From the NCBI GenBank assembly GCA_028282585.1, contig JANQHR010000153.1, positions 1 to 40,244 on the forward strand: a DNA stretch of 40,244 nt. The letters run 5' to 3'. This document shows positions 1 through 8,487 of this stretch, piece by piece. The stretch's first letter is position 1. Each line of letters starts with the position of its first letter. The position numbers and the translations under genes were made by a program. The notes under the pieces are model-generated. The model did not search any database. It was given only the letters and a program-made list of their open reading frames with translations, and was not told the origin of the DNA. Source of the stretch: Bacteroidales bacterium (GTDB taxonomy: Bacteria; Bacteroidota; Bacteroidia; Bacteroidales; UBA12077).

Positions 1-90
1 CTACTAGTTTTAGTTTTAAAGAACTACAAGATAAACTTTGTGGCACCAGGTTTCAATCTGGAAGACCACTCGGGCCTATGCCTTTATCAT

Positions 91-218
91 AGTGGCTCAT
101 AAATCATGCGGGTGTTTGGTTGTATCCTGACTAAGTATTATATTCGTTAAGGTTTTTGGCGGGTTGACTGATAAAGTTGGATAATAACTCCCGCACGCAT
201 TCATACGCCAGGTTATAA
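91..218 (+). repeat. attC-like hairpin site S1 (left TTATAAC box missing or displaced)
   Basis: Arms TGGC..ATGCGGG / CCCGCAC..GCCA and right box GTTATAA at 212-218. The 30 bp at 127-156 (CTGACTAAGTATTATATTCGTTAAGGTTTT) are identical to 8337-8366 in S7. Confidence 0.75.
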
Positions 219-287
219 AAACATGGTTGTCATTGCGCCAGATTGAAAAGAATTAAATAAAATTGTATTTTTGTAGAAAAAGAAGTT

Positions 288-509
288 ATGAATATTCAAG
301 CAGAAAAAATAGAATTAATGAAACTGATACTTGAGACTGATAATCCAAGTATTCTCAGTTCGATAAAGAAAATCTTAAAGAAAGAGTCAAAGAAAGATTT
401 TTGGGATACTTTACCTCAATCTCAAAAGGACGAGATACTGAAAAGTATTGAAGAAATTGAAAATGGAGAGATAGTAGATTACGAAGATTTTATCAAGAAA
501 CATAAGTAA
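288..509 (+). CDS. Putative antitoxin (addiction module component-like)
   Basis: 73 aa with acidic C-terminus (DFWDTLPQSQKDEILKSIEEIENGE). Stop overlaps the start of a RelE/ParE toxin (TAATG). TATTTTTG -7 box at 266-273. Confidence 0.75.
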   Translation: MNIQAEKIELMKLILETDNPSILSSIKKILKKESKKDFWDTLPQSQKDEILKSIEEIENGEIVDYEDFIKKHK

Positions 510-814
510 TGAGTAGAAAGATTGTCCTCTCCAAACGTGCTTCCAAAAATTTAGAAAAGTTGCTTGAATATTTGGAAACTAAATGGTCAAAAAGAGTAAA
601 AGACAATTTTATTAAAAAACTTGACAGGTCATTACAAATTCTGAAAGATAAGCCTGATAGTTCTCCAAAATCTGGCATTGTAAAAGGATTATGCAGGTGT
701 GTTGTTACGAAACAAACGACCGTTTTTTACAAGTTTGACAGTAAGAATTTGTATGTTGTTACAATCTTTGATACTCGACAGAATCCGGACAAGTTGAAAA
801 AAGAAATTAAATAA
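509..814 (+). CDS. Type II toxin, RelE/ParE family
   Basis: 101 aa basic protein with IVLSKRASKNLEKLLEYL N-terminus and VFYK...YVVTIFDTRQNP C-terminus typical of ParE/RelE. Confidence 0.85.
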   Translation: MSRKIVLSKRASKNLEKLLEYLETKWSKRVKDNFIKKLDRSLQILKDKPDSSPKSGIVKGLCRCVVTKQTTVFYKFDSKNLYVVTIFDTRQNPDKLKKEIK

Positions 815-824
815 CAACCACGTT

Positions 825-958
825 TTATAACAGCATTTCAAACTTAAGCCGGGTGTTTGGTTGTATTCTGACTAAAAATATTATCTTTATTTTTTTAACG
901 GGGGATTGATAAACACGGCGGGAAATCCCGGCCAAAGCTTAAATGCGGGCCGTTATAA
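825..958 (+). repeat. attC-like hairpin site S2
   Basis: TTATAAC (825-831) ... GTTATAA (952-958). GCATTT[C]AAACTT pairs with AAGCTTAAATGC leaving an unpaired C. Inner GCCGGG/CCCGGC. Confidence 0.85.
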
Positions 959-1296
959 GTAAGGCGATTTTTTCAGAAAGGTAAACTGCTTTTTATTTTT
1001 TCAGGTTCGTAAATCAAATAATTTTTCTTTTCGGTTTGGCATCTTTTAGTAAGTTAGAAACTGTATCTCATTCTGACAATGAAAGTATTATTTCCATTCT
1101 TAGCAGTTTGACAGTTTGTTTATTTGAGATTGGTTTGGTAAGTGTGATAATAATAATTTAGTATTCCAGCCCGCTTTTTGTAGCTTTCAGCTGCATTTGT
1201 GCTTGCGTAAAGCACATTTGCTCCGCAAAAAAGCTTTAAGCTAATTGTTTATTTAATTGCGAAATTGAATTCATCTTTTCATTTTTTTAAAAATTA

Positions 1297-1329
1297 TTTG
1301 GAATAAACATTCCAAAATATATATCTTTG
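1297..1329 (+). promoter_or_regulatory. Bacteroidota sigma70 promoter overlapped by a putative TetR operator
   Basis: TTTG (1297-1300)-N21-TATCTTTG (1322-1329). Perfect inverted repeat TTTGGAAT-N4-ATTCCAAA at 1297-1316. ATG only 4 nt after the -7 box. Confidence 0.65.
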
Positions 1330-1333
1330 TAGT

Positions 1334-1885
1334 ATGAAAAGAAGAGAAGTAATATTAAATGCTGCTATTGAACTTCTAATAAAAAAAGGAGTACATAATA
1401 CACCTATGTCGAAAATTGCCAAAGCTGCTGGTACAGGTATGGGAACCATCTATAATTACTTTCCTAACAAGGAAGTACTGATCAATGAGATATACATGGA
1501 TATTAGAGTACAGGAAGAAGCATTGTTTTTGGAACTGAAAACTGATCTGCCCGTTAAAACACAATTTGAGATTTACCTGACTTCTATAATTGACTTTTTT
1601 GTTAAAAATCCTTCATATTTCCATATTATTCAGCAGTTAGAAGTTTCGCCTATAATCACAAAAGAAAATAAAGAAAAGGGTCGAAAACCAGTTGAAATGA
1701 TGGCTAAATTATTGCAAAGTGGTCAGCAGAACAGAATTGTCAAAAACATTGATATTGAAGAAATATTAATATTTATAAGTGGAGCTACTTTATCCTACTT
1801 AAATAGGTTTTGTAGCTTATCTGATAAAAAGCAAACATCACTAAAAAATCATATTCGTATGGTTTGGGATGGAATTAAAGAGTAA
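1334..1885 (+). CDS. TetR/AcrR family transcriptional regulator
   Basis: N-terminal HTH TPMSKIAKAAGTGMGTIYNYFPNKE. Confidence 0.95.
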   Translation: MKRREVILNAAIELLIKKGVHNTPMSKIAKAAGTGMGTIYNYFPNKEVLINEIYMDIRVQEEALFLELKTDLPVKTQFEIYLTSIIDFFVKNPSYFHIIQQLEVSPIITKENKEKGRKPVEMMAKLLQSGQQNRIVKNIDIEEILIFISGATLSYLNRFCSLSDKKQTSLKNHIRMVWDGIKE

Positions 1886-1902
1886 ATTTTTTTATTTATA
1901 TA

Positions 1903-1924
1903 TTGGAATGAATATTCATTCCAA
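1903..1924. promoter_or_regulatory. Putative second TetR operator
   Basis: Perfect 22 bp palindrome TTGGAATGAATATTCATTCCAA sharing the TTGGAAT half-site with 1297-1316. Confidence 0.65.
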
Positions 1925-1962
1925 AGATTATTTTTATATTATTAATTTAAAATTATTAAGCT

Positions 1963-2268
1963 ATGTATGAATTAACAAAAGAAGACATTCAGAATCTTGT
2001 AAACTACAGAGAGTATTTGAAATCGGTAAGAGAAAACTGTAATGACGAAGCGTATAAGTTATTACTAACAAAGAGTATTGAATTATTAACAGGTAATATT
2101 ACTTCAGAGACAATGCTTAAGTATTTAGAAAATGTAAAAAATAGTAAAGACGCTAAAGCTGAACTTAGTGAAGAAACTAAGGCGGCGAACAAAGAAGTAA
2201 TAAAAAAGGCAGATGAATTTCATCTTCATGCGATTATAAACAAAATAGTGAAAAGCCTAAAGAAATAA
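1963..2268 (+). CDS. Hypothetical protein (probable TetR-regulated gene)
   Basis: 101 aa ORF after the operator palindrome and before a terminator. No family recognised. Confidence 0.7.
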   Translation: MYELTKEDIQNLVNYREYLKSVRENCNDEAYKLLLTKSIELLTGNITSETMLKYLENVKNSKDAKAELSEETKAANKEVIKKADEFHLHAIINKIVKSLKK

Positions 2269-2298
2269 ACTGCAATAGTTTTGCTTTTGTAAGTATTG

Positions 2299-2332
2299 AA
2301 AAAGGATTGTTAGAATTAACAGTCCTTTTTTT
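2299..2332 (+). terminator. Rho-independent terminator
   Basis: AAAAAGGATTGTTA-GAAT-TAACAGTCCTTTTT stem-loop with T tract. Confidence 0.75.
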
Positions 2333-2494
2333 AATTATCTGACAAAATCAAACGATTTACAAACACTTTAGTAAGGCAAGCTTACCAAAAGTTTGTAAAC
2401 CAACTCATTTTGTCCCATCAAAATAAATTTGTTCTGAGTTTTCATGTTTAATTCTGTAACTAACTTGTCAAGTATGATAGCTTAAGCGCCCAAT

Positions 2495-2630
2495 TTATAA
2501 CATTGTTTCACCCTAGATTTGGGCTTTTTTGCGGTTTGACAAAGTTTGGGTATCTTCGAGTTTAATTAAACGGTCTGACAGCAAAAGTGCTGTAACTCCC
2601 AAGCGATAGGGTAAACAAAGACTGTTATAA
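2495..2630 (+). repeat. attC-like hairpin site S3
   Basis: TTATAAC (2495-2501) ... GTTATAA (2624-2630). TTGTTT[C]ACCCTA pairs with TAGGGTAAACAA leaving an unpaired C. Inner TTGGG/CCCAA. Confidence 0.85.
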
Positions 2631-2975
2631 GTAAGGCGAAAAAAGTAAAATCTGACAATTTCTACTAAAAGAATAGTTAATACAACTTGACAATTAATGT
2701 ATTTATTTCAATTCGTAGCGGTGTGATAGGTTGTTTTTTGAGCTTGGTGCGGTAGGTTTGATAAATAAAAAATTAGTATTCCAACGCGCTTTGCAGCCTA
2801 ACGTGTAATACTTCATAACTCTACTAATATATCTGTTTCTTATATTGGCCTAGTTGTATCGCAGGCATTCCATATCTGCTCAAATATTGGACTATTTTGA
2901 ACTTCAAGATTATCTGAATAGAATATGGTTGCCAATAGATAATAAAAAAATAAAATTTCGCTAATTAATAGTTAT

Positions 2976-4322
2976 TTATTCTTTTTTAGCAAATTCGGGC
3001 TCACCTCCATGATAGATAACTGTAATGCCAGAAACTTCAGTTCCATCTTTGATAAATTCAATTCTGAAATCATCATCCTTAAGAAAAAATTTTGTCTCCG
3101 ATTGCGCATAAAGCGTCATTGTGTTGTATGGAGATTTAAGTTTTAACGCTTTATCCTCATAAATAATATCGACGGACATCTTAAAAGATTCGATATAATA
3201 TGAACCTATATAATTTTCTATAATGTCCTGTGAAACCTGAACAGTTTCAATTGATTCAGGATCATAAGATTTCTCATTTAGTTTCTCGAATAATTCTTTA
3301 CCATAACAAAAATAACTCTCAATTATTCTTGAATAGACTTTGTCTCCAATATCGCTATTAGTAAAAACTATTATCCCCGATTTAGATTTTGGCATTACAA
3401 TAGCAATGGTTGATATACCCCATTCACCTCCTTCGTGTAGTAATGCAAATTCATCATTTGGTAAATTCCTAACAATTTGCCAACCTAATCCCTGATCTAT
3501 ATCCTCCTTTATATTTGCTTGTATTGAAATCATTTCTTCATATAAACTGTCTGAAAGCCCTGCCTTATTTATTGTATATATACAAAATTTTGCATAATCA
3601 TCAATTGTGGTTAATATTCCTCCGGCAGCTGATACTTTAAATCCTCCTTGATACTTATACTCTTCTCCATCAGAATTATGCCTGAATGCAAAAATTGAAG
3701 AGTCTATTTCCTCTTTCCATCTGAATCTTGTGTTTCTCATCTGCAAAGGATGAAACAAAATGGAATCAGATATTTCTTCAAAAGACTTATTTAGTTTGTT
3801 TTCAATTGCTTTTCGAAGATATTCGAAACCTTCTCCAGAGTAATTGTATCCAGTTCCAGGTTCAAACTGAAATTCAAGTTTTTTGGATTTAAGAGCAGTA
3901 CGCCAATTAGGCAAACCAGATTGATGATTTAAAATATTACGGACTGTAAGTTTCTTATGCCAATCATTATCTGCAATATCAGGGTCGATCCAATATTTAT
4001 ATAAAGGTTCATCTAATCCTAAGATTCCCTCTTCAATTAATTTTAAGATTACTGCTGTTGTAATTGTTTTCGTAACAGATGCGATAGAAAATACTGTGTT
4101 ATTTTTAGCAGGCGTACCTTCTCTAATTTCTCCAAAAACTTTATACTCTGAAAGTTTTCCATTTTTAATTAATCCTATCCCAACAGTTGGAACATTATAT
4201 TCTGTTAACCAATCCTCAATTTCATTTTGGGATTCTAATAAAGTGTTTATATTAGTTTGTGCCTGGATACCTAATACAGAAATAATTACAAAAAGGAAGG
4301 TTAAATTCAATTGCTTTTTCAT
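2976..4322 (-). CDS. Secreted serine hydrolase (beta-lactamase/AmpC-like, peptidase S12) with C-terminal DUF3471-like domain
   Basis: Signal peptide, SxxK (ASVTK), LNHQSGL, YSG and HEGG motifs. Confidence 0.9.
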   Translation of the reverse strand: MKKQLNLTFLFVIISVLGIQAQTNINTLLESQNEIEDWLTEYNVPTVGIGLIKNGKLSEYKVFGEIREGTPAKNNTVFSIASVTKTITTAVILKLIEEGILGLDEPLYKYWIDPDIADNDWHKKLTVRNILNHQSGLPNWRTALKSKKLEFQFEPGTGYNYSGEGFEYLRKAIENKLNKSFEEISDSILFHPLQMRNTRFRWKEEIDSSIFAFRHNSDGEEYKYQGGFKVSAAGGILTTIDDYAKFCIYTINKAGLSDSLYEEMISIQANIKEDIDQGLGWQIVRNLPNDEFALLHEGGEWGISTIAIVMPKSKSGIIVFTNSDIGDKVYSRIIESYFCYGKELFEKLNEKSYDPESIETVQVSQDIIENYIGSYYIESFKMSVDIIYEDKALKLKSPYNTMTLYAQSETKFFLKDDDFRIEFIKDGTEVSGITVIYHGGEPEFAKKE

Positions 4323-4619
4323 TTTCTTTATTTTTATTTTTTTCGATTAGGACGAAAAAAGATTGTATTTTGTTACAATCAGTTTTAATAGCTTGGTAAT
4401 CATTTGGGTTTTCCCAATAATCATACCAATATAATTACTTTAATCTGATTCCTTTTATTTTTTCTTCATTAATAATTGTAAAATCCATAATAATCTATTA
4501 GCTAAATATTAATAACTCTCTGTTCCAGTAGTAAAGAAACCCAGCCCAAATACTAATTTTTTAGTCTTTCATGGATAAGTTTTCGCTAAACTGACAAGTA
4601 TGGTGACACGTCGCCCAAC

Positions 4620-4770
4620 TTATAACATCGGGCCATAAAGCAAGGGGGTTGTTGTGATGGTTTGACAAGCATTTATTATATTTGTTTCTTCCGATAGCTA
4701 TCGGGAGTCAACGGGTGACCTTGAAACACGGCGGCGATCCCCGCCAAATTTTACCCGAAGATCGATATAA
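4620..4770 (+). repeat. attC-like hairpin site S4 (GAT-type right box)
   Basis: TTATAAC (4620-4626) ... GATATAA (4764-4770). TCGGG/CCCGA and GGGG/CCCC arms. Contains palindrome CCGATAGCTATCGG at 4691-4704. Confidence 0.8.
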
Positions 4771-4809
4771 GCAAATTTTATGAACACTCTGCAAATAATA
4801 AACACTAAA

Positions 4810-5901
4810 ATGAAAATAATGAAGAATCCATTTTTTTTAATTCTTATTAGCTTTTTAATTTCATGTAGTCAAAATAAAGAGAATAAATCATTTATTATAG
4901 ATGGTAAAATAGAAGGAATTTCAACTGGAAAAGCATTGATAGAATATTCTGATTTCAAAGACACAGCTGAAATAAAAAATGGACAATTTAATTTCAAAGG
5001 TACAGTTCAAAAACCAGAGATATGTAAAATTATAATTGAAGGATTTGAGCATCAAACAGAATTTTACCTCGAGAATTCCAAAATATCATTCTTAGGATAC
5101 GTTGACTCACTTGATAAGGTGAAAATATCTGGATCAAAAACTGAATATGAAAATTATACATACAACCAAATTCTTAATAAGTATGAGAGAAAGTTTCAAG
5201 ATATTGAAAATGAATATGAAGGAGCTAATGATAGTAGAAAAGAAGAACTTAAAAAACTCTATGAAAAGGCCGATTTAGAAATGGTTAAGGCACAAAAACA
5301 ATTTATAAAAGATAATCCCACATCGTACTTGTGCATAGGAATCTTAATTGAGCTTGATTGGAGTTTTAAAACAGCAAAAGAATACCAAGAGTATATTTCA
5401 ATTCTTGATACATCTCTAAATCAATATAAAAGACTAATTTCTTTAAAAGAACATGTTGGCAGAATGGAAAAGGTAGAACCAGGAAATATAGCTCCCGATT
5501 TTGAAATATCCGATATTAACGGTAATAAAATAAAGCTATCAGATCATTATTCAAAATCTAAGTATACACTACTTGATTTTTGGGCATCAACATGCGGTCC
5601 CTGCAGAATAGAGAATAAACACATACTGAAAGCATACAAAAAATATCATGATAAAGGTTTCGATGTTTTTGGTGTATCGCAAGACTCGAAAAAAGAATTG
5701 TGGCTAAATGCTATAAAAAAGGATAGTCTTGTTTGGACAAACACCTGCCACCTGCAGAAAGAAAGTACAAATGAATTAATTAAGATGTATGCATTAAATC
5801 AGGTATCAGCTAATTTTCTACTCGATAATACAGGGAAAATAATTGATAAAGATCTGCATGGTGAAGATTTGGAAATAAAACTTGCTGAATTATTTAATTA
5901 A
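4810..5901 (+). CDS. TlpA-like thiol:disulfide oxidoreductase lipoprotein (DUF4369 + AhpC/TSA redoxin)
   Basis: Lipobox LISC and LLDFWASTCGPC (CxxC). Start could also be 4780 or 4819. Confidence 0.9.
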   Translation: MKIMKNPFFLILISFLISCSQNKENKSFIIDGKIEGISTGKALIEYSDFKDTAEIKNGQFNFKGTVQKPEICKIIIEGFEHQTEFYLENSKISFLGYVDSLDKVKISGSKTEYENYTYNQILNKYERKFQDIENEYEGANDSRKEELKKLYEKADLEMVKAQKQFIKDNPTSYLCIGILIELDWSFKTAKEYQEYISILDTSLNQYKRLISLKEHVGRMEKVEPGNIAPDFEISDINGNKIKLSDHYSKSKYTLLDFWASTCGPCRIENKHILKAYKKYHDKGFDVFGVSQDSKKELWLNAIKKDSLVWTNTCHLQKESTNELIKMYALNQVSANFLLDNTGKIIDKDLHGEDLEIKLAELFN

Positions 5902-5917
5902 TTCAAATAAAATCAGC

Positions 5918-6050
5918 TTATAACAGCAAGTCACAGCACATGCGGGGTTTTGGTAGTTCACAGACAAAATATTATATTCGTGTTGGTTCTGTTCGGGTGA
6001 TGATGAAACAGAGCGAAACATCCCCCGAAATTCTTCGCTGTCAGGATCAA
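5918..6050 (+). repeat. attC-like site S5, right arm degenerate
   Basis: TTATAAC (5918-5924), CATGCGGGG arm and loop AATATTATATTCGT like S1/S7. No clear right box, so the end is approximate. Confidence 0.65.
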
Positions 6051-6166
6051 AAACAAAGATAGCTTTGAGTTGGTTTTGCCTTTCAGACTACTTGCTATTT
6101 CTATAACTGAAACATTGTTTTACTCCTTTGATCACTAGCTCTGTAATGTTAAGTTGGCCTTTGCTT

Positions 6167-6610
6167 TCAATTTAACAATGGGTAAATTTTAAGCCCTTCT
6201 TCTACCATCGTTTGCTGTCCATCCATATCAGTAACACTTAAACGAAAATCATAACTCCCAATCTGGGCATACACAGGAATCGCAATGCTTTTATTAAAAG
6301 TTGTGTCTTTCAAACCTGAAAATTCAGTAAAAGTTGTATCCACTTCCCATGAGCCATGCTTAACATTTAAACTGCTTTCATGTTCACCTTCAATATGGAT
6401 TTCAATGGTAACGACATCAATTTTTCCGGCTGCAATTATTTCCGCTTCAATAGGTAATTTGTTGCCTAAATACCCAATTTTGCTATTTTTATTACCTAAT
6501 TCATATAAAGTAACAAGTGGTTCTGGGTTTGTTGTATCATCTTTTTCACATGAAATGAAAAATAATCCTACCACAAAACCAATTACAATTAATAATACTC
6601 TGGTGTTCAT
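6167..6610 (-). CDS. Lipoprotein, DUF4625-like
   Basis: Lipobox FISC. IEAEIIAAGKID..IEIH..GEH and GSYDFRLSVTDMDGQQT resemble Bacteroidota DUF4625. Confidence 0.7.
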   Translation of the reverse strand: MNTRVLLIVIGFVVGLFFISCEKDDTTNPEPLVTLYELGNKNSKIGYLGNKLPIEAEIIAAGKIDVVTIEIHIEGEHESSLNVKHGSWEVDTTFTEFSGLKDTTFNKSIAIPVYAQIGSYDFRLSVTDMDGQQTMVEEGLKIYPLLN

Positions 6611-6907
6611 GTTTTACATTTACTTATTCTGTTATTTTTCTTTATTTATTTGTTAAACCAATATTGAAATCTTCAATATAAATTCCTTCGGTACAACTGG
6701 TATGTTTTAGTTTGTATCTACTGAATTATTAATCAGTTTCATTTGTTAAGTTTTAAATATATAGCATGAGGCGTTAAATTTATTAAATTATTTCAAAATC
6801 CCATTTAAAACATATTATTTAGCTCTTTCAAAACAAATTTGTTTTTGCTTCATGGCCAGGTTTATAATTAAATTGAAAAGTATGGTATTTTAGGTGTACA
6901 ATTTGCA

Positions 6908-7053
6908 AAAGCAGGTACTCATAATCCAAGCGGGTAACTTTATGGCCTAACATTTATTTGCTAATCTTATATTTTGGTGTCTGGTGACTCCTGATAGCTT
7001 TGGGAGAAACGCGGCTGCCTTCCACTTCGCTTGATACCCTAAGAACGATATAG
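6908..7053 (+). repeat. attC-like site S6, left arm degenerate, GAT-type right box
   Basis: CTCATAATCCAAGCGGG resembles the S1 arm. GAAACGCGGC...TACCCTAAGAACGATATAG resembles the S4 right arm. Confidence 0.6.
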
Positions 7054-7135
7054 ACAATAAATTTTTTGAAAAATGCTTGTAACCTTTTGGTGGTTAATTT
7101 ATCTAAACCACAATTAAGCATTAAATTTAAACGCT

Positions 7136-7465
7136 ATGATACTTATTCTTCCAATTGTTGCAGTCCTAGTTGTCGGATTTATTCTTTATTACATTAGAAC
7201 AAAAAATCAAGAAAGGTTGAAGCTTATTGAAAAAGGAATCAATCCAGATGGACAGAGTATTTCAGAGTTCCAAAAACAATCCAGTTTGAAAAACGCTGTA
7301 CTTTTTATTTCATTATCATTGGGACTATTTTTAGGTCACATCCTAACTATCAATTTTGAGCAACTTGATAATTTTATTACTTACTTGGCCATGTTTTTAT
7401 TATTTGGTGGTATTGGCTCTTTGATAAATTATTACCAAATGAGAAATTGGAGTTCTAAAAAATGA
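7136..7465 (+). CDS. Membrane protein, DUF6249-like
   Basis: RTKNQERLKLIEKG motif plus three hydrophobic segments. This family is commonly next to ECF sigma factors in Bacteroidota. Confidence 0.75.
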   Translation: MILILPIVAVLVVGFILYYIRTKNQERLKLIEKGINPDGQSISEFQKQSSLKNAVLFISLSLGLFLGHILTINFEQLDNFITYLAMFLLFGGIGSLINYYQMRNWSSKK

Positions 7466-7998
7466 ACAGTTCTGAAATTCTAAAAGAAGCTATCGCTGGA
7501 GACAAAAATGCACTCTCTATTCTTGTTGACAAGTATAAAGATATTGCTTTTAATCTTGCAATAAGTATTGTCAACAAAGAAGAAGATGCAAAAGATATTA
7601 CGCAGGACAGCTTTTTGAAAGTTTTGGAGAATATTGAGAACTTTAGAAATGAGTCTAAATTTTCAACATGGTTATATAGAATCGTATATAATTTATCAAT
7701 TCAATTTATTCGTAGCCAAAGGAAAATGGACTCAATCAAAAGTGTTTCTCATATTTTAACGGAAGCTTCTTCTGACACATTGGAAACTCATGAGAAAAAA
7801 CAAATAATAAAAAGCTCTCTTGATACGCTTGAAGAGAATGAAAGATTGATTATTACTTTATTTTATCTTGGAGAAAAATCTATAAAAGAAATCAAAGAAA
7901 TAACATCTCTTTCAATTTCAAACATTAAAGTTATTTTACATAGGTCAAGAAAGAAAATGGCCAAAAATTTTGAAAGATTGAATTATGAAAGAGTTTGA
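7462..7998 (+). CDS. ECF sigma-70 factor
   Basis: DAKDITQDSFLK, FRNESKFSTWLYRI (region 2) and SIKEIKEITSLSISNIKVILHRSRKK (region 4). Confidence 0.95.
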   Translation: MNSSEILKEAIAGDKNALSILVDKYKDIAFNLAISIVNKEEDAKDITQDSFLKVLENIENFRNESKFSTWLYRIVYNLSIQFIRSQRKMDSIKSVSHILTEASSDTLETHEKKQIIKSSLDTLEENERLIITLFYLGEKSIKEIKEITSLSISNIKVILHRSRKKMAKNFERLNYERV

Positions 7999-8299
7999 TA
8001 ATAAAATAAAAAGTCATGTTAAAGCAAACATGAGTAAAATTGAAGATGAAACTTTTACTTCAAGATTAGTTGCAAGGTATTTGTTGACAAGAAAGGAAAA
8101 AGTAAAAAAGGTTTTCTTCAATTTTGAAGCATTAATATTTTGGATTGTTGCTGTTTTGATAAGTATAGCATTGTTAACAGTGAAATTGATTAACGAGACA
8201 GTATTCTTTGAAATTCAGCTAAAACATTGCTTAATTTTAACTTCGTTGACACTGACAGCTTTGATATATAAATGGTTAGAAAAAATTTACTGTGTATAA
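7985..8299 (+). CDS. Putative membrane anti-sigma factor
   Basis: Overlaps the ECF stop, has two C-terminal TM segments, and its stop TAA lies within the GTATAAC box of S7. Confidence 0.65.
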   Translation: MKEFDNKIKSHVKANMSKIEDETFTSRLVARYLLTRKEKVKKVFFNFEALIFWIVAVLISIALLTVKLINETVFFEIQLKHCLILTSLTLTALIYKWLEKIYCV

Positions 8300-8430
8300 C
8301 GTTGGGTCATAAAGCATGTAGGTGCTTGGTGTTTTGCTGACTAAGTATTATATTCGTTAAGGTTTTACGGTTTGACTGACAAAATGAGAGAATAGCTCCC
8401 GCATGGCTTCATATGCCAGGACCTTTATAA
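8294..8430 (+). repeat. attC-like hairpin site S7
   Basis: GTATAAC (8294-8300) ... TTTATAA (8424-8430). Clear homologue of S1 with a 30 bp identical core and CTCCCGCA..TTCATA.GCCAGG arm. Confidence 0.8.
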
Positions 8431-8444
8431 ACAAGCTATTTAAA

Positions 8445-8487
8445 TGTCTTGTGCTAAAATTATGTCAACCTATTTTAGCACGAGACA
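8445..8487. other. 16-bp-arm inverted repeat in an ORF-less interval
   Basis: TGTCTTGTGCTAAAAT (8445-8460) / ATTTTAGCACGAGACA (8472-8487) with one G-T pair. Confidence 0.7.
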
